This document shows positions 26,771 through 34,735 of a stretch of DNA of 64,000 nucleotides, in pieces. The notes below the pieces were generated by a model. It was given only the letters and a program-made list of their open reading frames with translations. It had not been told where the DNA came from and did not search any database. Every line of letters begins with the position of its first letter. The first letter of the stretch is position 1. Made by a program: the position numbers and the translations under genes. Source of the DNA: an uncultured archaeon (lineage in GTDB: Archaea > Aenigmatarchaeota > Aenigmatarchaeia > CAZXUR01). The DNA lies in the NCBI GenBank assembly GCA_964644245.1, contig CAZXUR010000001.1, positions 17,047-81,046 on the forward strand. Direction: 5' to 3'.

Positions 26771-27144
26771 GCCACCGCCTCCACCGGACCTGAGTTGTTA
26801 AGGGAAGGAACCGGGTCCTGGTCCTCGATTCCGAGGTAATCCCTGCCCTTCTCAGTCAACCTGTATCCGTTCCCTTCCTTTTCCAAATATTCCTTGTCCC
26901 ACACCAGTTCTCTCAAAGCCCTGTTAACAGTGGGAGAATAGACCTCTGACTTGCTTTCATACAAATCGTTCCTCTTCCCCTTGACTATCCTGTAAACATC
27001 ACCTTCTTCCAATCCACTTCTCTCCTTAAACATGTCCATCACCAATCCGGACAGCTCTTCCATCCTCTCGTCCCTGTGGTCCTCCCTCATACCCATCAGT
27101 CTCTTGACCACGTCTGTAAGTGTCAACTTGTCCTTTCCACTCAT
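26767..27144 (-). CDS. winged-helix-like small protein inside the gat operon (125 aa)
   Basis: ATGA overlaps on both sides. VYSPTVNRALRELVWDKEYLEKEGNGYRLTEKGRDYL is a wHTH pattern. Paralogous to the ORF at 27141. Confidence 0.55.
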   Translation of the reverse strand: MSGKDKLTLTDVVKRLMGMREDHRDERMEELSGLVMDMFKERSGLEEGDVYRIVKGKRNDLYESKSEVYSPTVNRALRELVWDKEYLEKEGNGYRLTEKGRDYLGIEDQDPVPSLNNSGPVEAVA

Positions 27145-27464
27145 GCTTCTCCCCCCTGACCAAAAGACTGAAGTTCCCGGACGCGTGCCATGCCAATCCT
27201 GTCCAGCATAAAACTGTAGTCAGAGATGTTCATCTTGAGGTATCCTTCAGACATCATGTCCCACAGGTCACCGTCCAGTTCAGAGGAATAAGGTATCCTC
27301 CCGTTAAAGTCATAGAGTTCCCTTCCTGTCCTCTTCCTGACCGCACTTCCTATACGGCCCTGTTTTACGAATTCTCGGTCTCCCCCTATTTCATTCAGTA
27401 TGAGCAAAACTTGGTCACTTCTCTCCCTTTCAGGAACCTTGTCAGAACTTGAGAATACTCTCAT
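27141..27464 (-). CDS. winged-helix-like small protein inside the gat operon (107 aa)
   Basis: ATGA overlaps with gatA and with the next ORF. PYSSELDGDLWDMMSEGYLKMNISDYSFMLDRIG aligns with the 125-aa neighbour. Confidence 0.5.
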   Translation of the reverse strand: MRVFSSSDKVPERERSDQVLLILNEIGGDREFVKQGRIGSAVRKRTGRELYDFNGRIPYSSELDGDLWDMMSEGYLKMNISDYSFMLDRIGMARVRELQSFGQGGEA

Positions 27465-28801
27465 AAATCAGGCCTCCTTTTGATGTCCAGCTCCTTCTCC
27501 AGAGCAGACGCCACGCGCAGGACCTTTTCCTCCTGCAGATGGTCCCCCAGCAGGTGAAGACCCACCGGCAAGTCATTGACAAAACCACAGGGCAGAGAGA
27601 CCTGGGGAATCCCGGCCAGGTTGGCAGGTACGGTGAGCACATCCATCTGATACTGTTTGATTGGTGACATCTTCTTTACTTCCGAGAATTTGGGAGGGAG
27701 CACAGGCATGGTCGGTGCGGCCAGCACGTCGCACTTCTTGAAGGCTTTCTTGAAGTCTTTTATCACCAGTGTCCTGACCTTGAAAGCACGCAGGTAGTAA
27801 GCGTCCCTGTACCCGGCCATCCTCGCGTACGTCCCGAGCATGATGCGCCGCTTGGCCTCCTTTCCGAATCCTTTGGTCCTGACTTTCGAGAAATACTGGT
27901 TGAAGTTACCCTTGAGCTTTGCGTGAAGACCGTAACGCATGCCGCAGAATTTGGCGAGGTTGGTGGATGCCTCTGACGTGGCGACCAAATAATAAGCAGC
28001 GAGCGCGTACTTGGTCTTGGGCAGGGAGACTTTTTTGGTCTTGAGTCCCAAGGACTCCAACGTCTTTATGCCTTGCCTGACCTTTTTCTTGACTCCCTTG
28101 TCCACCCCTTTGAAGTATTGGTTGGGTATGCCCACGGTCATTTTCTTCACCGGCTTGCCCAATGCTTTTGTGAAATCCTTCTTCTTTTCCTTTAGGGAAG
28201 TCAGGTCTTTGAGGTCGTGACCTGCCATTACAGACAGGACTTTCGCCACGTCTTCCACGCTCCTGCCTATGGGCCCTATCTTGTCCAGTGAATTCGCATA
28301 ATCTATGAGACCGTACCTAGAAACCAGTCCGTATGTAGGGGTCAAACCCACCACTCCGCAGAAAGATGCAGGGCAGGATATGGATCCGCCCGTGGACTCC
28401 GCGAGGGCTACGTGGTCAGTCCCGAGGGCTGCGGTTGCCGCGGCCGCTCCTCCGGAAGAACCGCCCGGAGAGCGGGAGGTGTCCCAGGGATTCTTGACTT
28501 TACCGTACCCTGAGTTTGTACAGAATGTCCCGAATCCGAATTCGTCCTGATTGGTCTTTCCCAGTATGCTCGCGCCTTCTTTCTTCAAGCGTTCGACGAC
28601 CGTGGCATCAAAGGGAGGAACGTAACCTTTGAGTATCTCAGAGCCGGCCGTGGACTGCATGCCTTTGGTACAGATACAGTCTTTGACAGATATGGAAAGA
28701 CCCTTAAGTTTGCCTTTTCCTTCTTTGAGCTCGTCGGTTATGGTTATAAAACAGTTTAGTTTTCGGTCCACCCGCTTGGCCTCTTTGACCGTGACCATCA
28801 T
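27461..28801 (-). CDS. gatA: aspartyl/glutamyl-tRNA amidotransferase subunit A
   Basis: ATG at 28801 (MMVTVKEAK) overlaps the gatC stop. Amidase signature GGSSGGAAAATA and catalytic SISVKD. Confidence 0.93.
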   Translation of the reverse strand: MMVTVKEAKRVDRKLNCFITITDELKEGKGKLKGLSISVKDCICTKGMQSTAGSEILKGYVPPFDATVVERLKKEGASILGKTNQDEFGFGTFCTNSGYGKVKNPWDTSRSPGGSSGGAAAATAALGTDHVALAESTGGSISCPASFCGVVGLTPTYGLVSRYGLIDYANSLDKIGPIGRSVEDVAKVLSVMAGHDLKDLTSLKEKKKDFTKALGKPVKKMTVGIPNQYFKGVDKGVKKKVRQGIKTLESLGLKTKKVSLPKTKYALAAYYLVATSEASTNLAKFCGMRYGLHAKLKGNFNQYFSKVRTKGFGKEAKRRIMLGTYARMAGYRDAYYLRAFKVRTLVIKDFKKAFKKCDVLAAPTMPVLPPKFSEVKKMSPIKQYQMDVLTVPANLAGIPQVSLPCGFVNDLPVGLHLLGDHLQEEKVLRVASALEKELDIKRRPDL

Positions 28802-29088
28802 ACCACCTTCGGGCCTTTGAACTGCCCTTTCTCTTTGTTCTTGGTGTTGGACAAAGCTTCCTCCTGAGACAGACACTCACCCTTCTTGTCTTCGCGGGTG
28901 CAATTTGACAATTCCAGGGGCTGGAAAGAAGGTTTGGTCTTACCCACCTTAGCCTTGTCTATCTCCTTGAAAGCTTCCAGTATGTCCTTCAGTTCTTTGG
29001 TGAACTCCTTGGTCTCTTTCTTGGTCAGATTCAGCCTGGCCAGTCCAGCAACCCGTTCCACTAACTCTTTGTCAATCGAACTTGGCAT
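28798..29088 (-). CDS. gatC: aspartyl/glutamyl-tRNA amidotransferase subunit C
   Basis: 96 aa. VERVAGLARLNLTKKETKEFTKELKDILEAF is typical of GatC, directly upstream of gatA. Confidence 0.85.
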   Translation of the reverse strand: MPSSIDKELVERVAGLARLNLTKKETKEFTKELKDILEAFKEIDKAKVGKTKPSFQPLELSNCTREDKKGECLSQEEALSNTKNKEKGQFKGPKVV

Positions 29089-29162
29089 GATTAGAATTAA
29101 CGAAGAGATTTAAATAATTGAACTAACAAGAACTAGTGAAAAAATAAAAGGAAAAGGAAGGT

Positions 29163-29828
29163 CTACTTTACCTTCAGTTTCTTCCAGATCTTCTCGGCCT
29201 TCTTCTTTCCGCCCAAGCCGAATGCAATTCCTATAGCCAGGGCAAAACCAAGTCCTGCTGCTGCTGCGATTACAGTGAACAGATTGGTTAGAATCTGTGT
29301 CTCTATCCCTATCCTTGTCAGGGCCATGACCACTGCTATGTAAAGTATGAACAGTCTGGCACCAGCTGCTATGAGACTTGCTTCCTTCATCTTTATCTTC
29401 TTTATGAACTCGGACACGTATTCAGCCACCAACAAAGCTATGAGAAGTATGATGACTGCGACAAAGATAGAAGGTATCACCGTTGAAACAAGTGCACCCA
29501 GGAACTCGCTTATCACACCCAATGTCACTTGGGCTGAAGCTTCCTGAAGGAACAGCAAGAAAATCCACCATCGGAACAAATGACCGACGATGTGGCTCAA
29601 GTCTGTGCCTCCCAATGCTTTCTTGAGGCCCAGCCTGGTCATCTTACTTTCAAGTCCTGCCTGCTTGAGTACTTTCTCAATCAGTTTTCCTAGGTACTTT
29701 GCGGTGTAGTAACCTATCAACAGAAGAATCAAGGCGACTATGACTCCGGGAAGGGCATCCAGTATGGATTCGCCCATCTGAACCAGAGAGCCTTGAAGAC
29801 CGGAAACGATCTCTTCTATAACACCCAT
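29163..29828 (-). CDS. membrane protein with repeated conserved-TM-helix modules (MscS-associated type)
   Basis: 221 aa. Repeated LPGVIVALILLLIGYYTAKYLGKLIEKVL-like units. Confidence 0.55.
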   Translation of the reverse strand: MGVIEEIVSGLQGSLVQMGESILDALPGVIVALILLLIGYYTAKYLGKLIEKVLKQAGLESKMTRLGLKKALGGTDLSHIVGHLFRWWIFLLFLQEASAQVTLGVISEFLGALVSTVIPSIFVAVIILLIALLVAEYVSEFIKKIKMKEASLIAAGARLFILYIAVVMALTRIGIETQILTNLFTVIAAAAGLGFALAIGIAFGLGGKKKAEKIWKKLKVK

Positions 29829-29937
29829 TAGGATCCTCCTAGCTATATTAACCCTTACCTTAATAAATAGTTTTCCGGGCCAGGGGCTTTTAAAGGGACT
29901 AAAACACGCTTTAATAGTTAATCACTCAACTCATGTT

Positions 29938-30711
29938 ATGAAAGCAGTACTGATACCGTCCACATTCACTTCAGACGAGAAGAACCTCTATTTGAGGAAC
30001 TACAAAATCGGGGAATTGGCCAGGGCTTGCTCTGCATTTTCTGTGGACGAGATATACGTCTACTGGGACAAAGACCCTCTCTTTGACTCTCACGGCCTGG
30101 GAAGGTACATAACCAAAATACTCGACTACTGCAACACACCTCCCTATCTGAGAAAACATCTGTTCCCCAAGGAGGAGGATTTGAAATACGTTGGGGTCAT
30201 ACCACCCCTGAAGTCGCCCCACCAAATCCCTGAAGAGTCAGGACTGAAGCACAGGATGGGCTACGTACTCGGAGTCAGGGGCAAGGAAGCCACAGTTGAT
30301 TGCGGGTACAAGAAGCCTCTGACTGTCAAGAACAAGAACCTGAAGAAGGGACAGACAGTGACCATAGACGAGGACACCAAGGAAGTGGTCGGGGGTGAGG
30401 TTGATTCCTACAACGGCTATCAAGTGGAATATTTCAACAAAAGCCTGGTCCATCTGGTAAAGAAACTAAAGAGGGAGAACTACAGCCTCATCGGAACTTC
30501 CAGGAAGGGCAAGGACATAAGGAATGTGAAACTGGATGTGAAGAATAAAGTGGCCATAGCATTCGGCTCGCCTTACCGGGGTCTGTCAAAACTGCTGGGG
30601 AAGGACATGAAGTTGTTGAATGAAACGGTGAACGTTGTTCCTGGCCAGAAGGTGGAAACTGTGAGAACCGAAGAAGCAGTCTATTACACCCTTTCTATCC
30701 TCAGGTCGTGA
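29938..30711 (+). CDS. putative SPOUT-class RNA methyltransferase (DUF171-like)
   Basis: Pattern KIGELARACSAFSVDEIYVY...LIGTSRKGK...VAIAFGSPYRGL resembles DUF171/SPOUT1. Confidence 0.6.
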   Translation: MKAVLIPSTFTSDEKNLYLRNYKIGELARACSAFSVDEIYVYWDKDPLFDSHGLGRYITKILDYCNTPPYLRKHLFPKEEDLKYVGVIPPLKSPHQIPEESGLKHRMGYVLGVRGKEATVDCGYKKPLTVKNKNLKKGQTVTIDEDTKEVVGGEVDSYNGYQVEYFNKSLVHLVKKLKRENYSLIGTSRKGKDIRNVKLDVKNKVAIAFGSPYRGLSKLLGKDMKLLNETVNVVPGQKVETVRTEEAVYYTLSILRS

Positions 30712-30723
30712 AAGTAATCTGAA

Positions 30724-30784
30724 CTCCACTTGAAACGATGGTATTCCACAAGAAATCATAGTTCCAAAACTATATTCTGGAATA
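30724..30784. promoter_or_regulatory. phased TTCCA-N-GAAA motif cluster upstream of ftsZ (ORB-like or regulator sites)
   Basis: ctccacttgaaac (30724), ttccacaagaaat (30744), ttccaaaac (30762), inverted ttctggaat (30775). Spacing is about 18-20 nt. Confidence 0.25.
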
Positions 30785-30961
30785 GCACAAACTTTATATA
30801 GGAACAAAATGAAAAAGAAATAGTGTTCATGTGATCGTGGGGACTTTCACGTGAACGTTGGGGACTTGATTCACAATATTTCTAGAAGTATATACATCGG
30901 AACGATATAAAAAGATTTCGGTTTTCGAGGATATACTTCCAATAAGTAAAAGGAGGAAAAA

Positions 30962-32419
30962 ATGGACTCAATAATACAATCTGCTTTCGAGAGGACCTTT
31001 AACAAGCCGGAAAAGAAGAAAAAAGAAAAGGAAAAATCTGAAGAAGGATGGGAAAGCCCCGAGAAGAAGACTGTAAAAAAAGAAGAAAGCTGGTTGCCAA
31101 TCAACCAGGAAGAGAAGAAAGACAAACCAGAAGGATGGGGCAAAATAAAGGACACCACACCTCAAGCGAGTCAGCCCAGCAAGATACCAACAGCAGAAAT
31201 TTCTCCCAGCAAACCAGAACCTCCACAACCACAGTCCGCATCCGCCTCAAACATGGATGACTGGGAAGTTGTGAAGGAATCAGACGATAAGAGCTGGGAC
31301 AAATGGGGAAACAGTTGGGACAATGACAAAGAACCCGAGGAACCCCAATGGACACAGCCTTTGGGAAACAAACCAGAGGAGAAGTCAGAAAAAGAAAAAG
31401 AGGAACTTGAACTTCTTGCGGCCAAAGCGAATATCGTAGTTGTGGGATCCGGATGTGCTGGAAGCAACACCATATCGCGTTTATCCGACATGAGCATTGA
31501 AGGTGCGATCACCGTTGCAACCGATGCCGATGCCAGGCACCTGTCAATAACCAATGCCGACGAGAAACTACTGATCGGCAAGGACCTGACAAAAGGCCTG
31601 GGATGTGGCGGAGACCCAGAACTTGGGAGAAAGGCTGCCGAGGAATCCAAGAACGAACTGAAGAAATTCCTCAAAGATGCTGACCTAGTGTTCATCACAT
31701 GTGGTTTGGGTGGTGGGACCGGAGGAGGCTCGGTTCCTGTAATCGCAGAGATTGCAAAGGACAACGACGCCATAGTGATAGCTACAGTGACCCTTCCTTT
31801 CAAGATTGAAGGAGCTAGAATTGCCAAAGCTGAAGACTCTCTTTACCAGCTTAGACAGATGTGCGACACAGTAATAGTGATAGAGAATCAGAAATTGCTG
31901 AAGTACGCAGGTGACCTGTCCCTCAAACAAGCGTTCGCGGTTGCAGATGAACTCATATCCACGACTATCAAGGGACTGACCGAGACCATAGCAACACCGT
32001 CTCTGGTCAACCTAGACTTCGCTGATGTTAAGACCATAATGCAGACTGGCGGTGTATCCACAGTCGGAATAGGAGAAGCCAATACCTCCGAGAGAGCTAA
32101 AGAGGCAGTTATGAAGGCGTTGAACCATCCGTTGTTGGAAGTCAACTATTCCGGTGCCACTGGTGCACTGATTCAGATAGTAGGAGGCGAAGACTTGAAG
32201 TTGGACGAGGTAAACGAGATAGGAGAATTCATCTCTAGCAAGCTTGCTCCAGAAGCCACCATAATGTGGGGAGCGAGAGTCGACCCCGAATACGAAGGAA
32301 AAATTCAGGTTATTTCAATTGTTACCGGAGTCAAATCCCCATATATATTGGGGAAATTGGCGAAGGAACCCTCAGAAAAAGGCATCTCAGACGAACTTGG
32401 CATAGAGGTCATAAAATAA
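30962..32419 (+). CDS. ftsZ: cell division GTPase FtsZ with a Trp/acidic/Lys-rich N-terminal extension of about 155 aa
   Basis: GGAGG Shine-Dalgarno sequence upstream. Core motifs VVGSGCAGSNT, GLGCGGDPELG, GLGGGTGGGSVPV (tubulin signature), PFKIEGARI, NLDFADV. Confidence 0.9.
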   Translation: MDSIIQSAFERTFNKPEKKKKEKEKSEEGWESPEKKTVKKEESWLPINQEEKKDKPEGWGKIKDTTPQASQPSKIPTAEISPSKPEPPQPQSASASNMDDWEVVKESDDKSWDKWGNSWDNDKEPEEPQWTQPLGNKPEEKSEKEKEELELLAAKANIVVVGSGCAGSNTISRLSDMSIEGAITVATDADARHLSITNADEKLLIGKDLTKGLGCGGDPELGRKAAEESKNELKKFLKDADLVFITCGLGGGTGGGSVPVIAEIAKDNDAIVIATVTLPFKIEGARIAKAEDSLYQLRQMCDTVIVIENQKLLKYAGDLSLKQAFAVADELISTTIKGLTETIATPSLVNLDFADVKTIMQTGGVSTVGIGEANTSERAKEAVMKALNHPLLEVNYSGATGALIQIVGGEDLKLDEVNEIGEFISSKLAPEATIMWGARVDPEYEGKIQVISIVTGVKSPYILGKLAKEPSEKGISDELGIEVIK

Positions 32420-32436
32420 TCACACCCCCCAATCCC

Positions 32437-32487
32437 AAGGCGCAATCGAGGTTCACATCCCCCCTTGGTTCTCATCGATTGCGCCTT
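32437..32487 (+). terminator. 13-bp perfect inverted repeat followed by a T-run downstream of ftsZ
   Basis: aaggcgcaatcga (32437-32449) and tcgattgcgcctt (32475-32487), with a 25-nt loop, followed by ctatttttcttttttt. Confidence 0.35.
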
Positions 32488-32549
32488 TGACCTCTATTTT
32501 TCTTTTTTTAATTCATTAATCTTTTTTAACTCTCTCGTATATTTTTGTT

Positions 32550-33218
32550 ATGAAAGCGACCTTAGCACTGATTGCGGTTCTGGTGTTCACCTGGCTGTAT
32601 GTGACAAACATGCCGGAAGCGCAGGTAGAACCGTTCGTTAACGACTACGGCTTCTCTACTCAGAACCTGTTGTCAGGTGCCTGGTGGGTGGTCCTCACTT
32701 CCTCTTTGCTGCACGTCTCTGCCACCCACCTGCTGTCGAACGTATTCGTGCTGTTCTTCTTTGGAATCGCGGTAGAAAAGGAAATAGGTGCCTGGAAGAT
32801 GCTTGGAATCTTCTTCGCAGGAGCGGTCCTGGGAGACCTGTTGTCAATGCTCATTTACGCGCCGGATGTAGTGGGCATAGGCGCTTCCGGAGGAGTGTTC
32901 GCACTGATAGGAGCGGGCATGCTTGTAAGTCCGGTAGATATGTCGCTCTACCCGTTCTTCGTTCCCATTCCGCTTTCGCTCCTCGGCATGGGCTACACCA
33001 TTTACACGGTCATAGGTTTCCTGGGAGGCGGTGACCCTCATGTCTCTTACATAGCCCACATGGGTGGCTTAGCCGTCGGTCTGATATACGGTCTGAGGAA
33101 AGAGGGCGCGGAGCAAGGCTTGCGAATAATAATCGCCATGTTCCTGATACTGATACTCTTCCCCTCCATCTGGTACTACTACAGTCAAGCCTTCTCCTCT
33201 CTCCTGGGATTGGTCTAA
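32550..33218 (+). CDS. rhomboid-family intramembrane serine protease
   Basis: GASGGVFALIGAG (catalytic Ser) and HMGGLAVGL (catalytic His); 6 TM. Confidence 0.85.
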   Translation: MKATLALIAVLVFTWLYVTNMPEAQVEPFVNDYGFSTQNLLSGAWWVVLTSSLLHVSATHLLSNVFVLFFFGIAVEKEIGAWKMLGIFFAGAVLGDLLSMLIYAPDVVGIGASGGVFALIGAGMLVSPVDMSLYPFFVPIPLSLLGMGYTIYTVIGFLGGGDPHVSYIAHMGGLAVGLIYGLRKEGAEQGLRIIIAMFLILILFPSIWYYYSQAFSSLLGLV

Positions 33219-33247
33219 CTTTAAAACTTTGATGTTCAATTTCATTC

Positions 33248-34255
33248 ATGAAGTTCAAGAAAGTGGAAGAGGGTAATGTAGAACTGAAAGTGCCAGACGT
33301 TGAGCTGCCAGAGAAAGGGAGGTCACACGGTTTCTATAACCCAGTCATGTACTTGGATAGGGACTTGTCCGTGGCTTTCGTGAAGCAGGTGGAGCCAAAG
33401 CTGGTCCTCGACGCCATGTCTGCCACCGGCATGCGGGGGATAAGATATGCGAAGGAGGCCAAGACACAGGTCTGGCTGAACGATGTGAACGAAAAGGCGG
33501 TTGAACTGATAAAAAAGAACGTAGAGGAGAACCGAGTGAAGTCGAATGTGGAGAAAATAACATGGGATGACTGCAATCATGTGATGACCGGGAACAAATT
33601 CGACTTCATCGACATAGACCCCTACGGGAGTCCTGTCTGGTCTCTGGACTCGGCAGTGCAGGGATTGTCCAGAAAAGGAGGGTACCTGGCGGTCACTGCC
33701 ACTGACCTGGGCGCTCTGTTCGGAAGGTATCCCAAAGTCTGCCTCCGTCGCTACGGCTTCAAGTCGCAGAAAACCGACTATTCGAAGGAAGAAGGCGCGA
33801 GGATATTGGTCACCGCGATTGTACGGGAATGCGCTAAACACGACCGCGCGTTTATACCTCTCTTGACTTATTATCGGAGACATTACCTGCGCGTTTACGG
33901 CAGAGTGGTTGAAAAGCTGAAGGAAGTGAACAGGCTTCTGGAAGAGGTAAAGCCGGTGACTCTGGAGAAGTCCTCATGGTCCGTGGGAAGGGGTCAGCCA
34001 CTGTACATGGGAAAAATAGAGGACAGGTCCTTCCTGGAAAAGTTAAACAAGAGGATGGACTTAAAGTTAATTAATAAATTAATTAAAGAATCGGATGCTC
34101 CCCCGTTCTACTATGACGTCCACAAGGTCTTGAAGGGAGAAATCCCTCCCATGGATAAACTGGTTAAAAAGTACAACGGGACCAGGACTCACTTCTGTGG
34201 AACTGGGATAAAGACTGAGAGCGAGCCTCAATTCAATGTCTTCTCCAAGAACTGA
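33248..34255 (+). CDS. trm1: tRNA (guanine26-N2)-dimethyltransferase Trm1
   Basis: FYNPVMYLDRDLSV, DAMSATGMRGIRYA, NDVN, DIDPYGSP motifs. Confidence 0.9.
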   Translation: MKFKKVEEGNVELKVPDVELPEKGRSHGFYNPVMYLDRDLSVAFVKQVEPKLVLDAMSATGMRGIRYAKEAKTQVWLNDVNEKAVELIKKNVEENRVKSNVEKITWDDCNHVMTGNKFDFIDIDPYGSPVWSLDSAVQGLSRKGGYLAVTATDLGALFGRYPKVCLRRYGFKSQKTDYSKEEGARILVTAIVRECAKHDRAFIPLLTYYRRHYLRVYGRVVEKLKEVNRLLEEVKPVTLEKSSWSVGRGQPLYMGKIEDRSFLEKLNKRMDLKLINKLIKESDAPPFYYDVHKVLKGEIPPMDKLVKKYNGTRTHFCGTGIKTESEPQFNVFSKN

Positions 34256-34509
34256 TCCGCGTACTTTCGGGCAAAACCAGGCAGATTTTTGCTAGCCTTC
34301 TTGCCCATTCCGATTGCGGATCTCTTTCTGTAAGATGGAGTATCTATACACAGAACTTTATCTCCGTTTTCATCTGTCTTCAAAAAATATTCCTGTATAT
34401 CTCCTTTTTCCTTCAAATTCTCCAGGTCCTCCCGGGCATAATTCACTGTACTGATTGCACCCGGGTCGGCGGTACGCTCTCTCGGAATTCTTAAAACAAC
34501 ATCTTTCAT
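34228..34509 (-). CDS. hypothetical protein
   Basis: 93-aa ORF with an ATG start. Its 3' end overlaps trm1 convergently. No motif. Confidence 0.4.
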   Translation of the reverse strand: MKDVVLRIPRERTADPGAISTVNYAREDLENLKEKGDIQEYFLKTDENGDKVLCIDTPSYRKRSAIGMGKKASKNLPGFARKYADQFLEKTLN

Positions 34510-34519
34510 TCAAATCACC

Positions 34520-34735
34520 TCACTTCTTTTTCTTCTTGGACTTCTTCTTTTTAGATTTCTTTTTGGATTTCTTTTTCTTCTTGGATTTCTTCTTCTTGCT
34601 TTTCTTCTTCTTGCTTTTCTTTTTCTTCTCTTTGCTTTTCTTCTTGGACTTGCCCTTCTTCTTTTTCTTACTTTTGGACTTCTTGCCCTTCTCTTCCTCT
34701 TCCTCGTCTTCCTTGGCCTTTTCCTCGACTTCTTC
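34520..34735 (-). repeat. coding low-complexity tandem repeat (about 15-nt period, AAG/AGC codons) encoding the TFB tail
   Basis: Plus strand reads cttcttggatttctt / cttcttgcttttctt repeated. In frame with tfb. Confidence 0.6.

Noticed and set aside
34520-34735. Regular short repeats that could suggest a CRISPR or satellite array
   Set aside because: The period is about 15 nt with no spacers, and the repeats are in frame with tfb. This is a coding poly-Lys/Ser tract. No cas genes are present.
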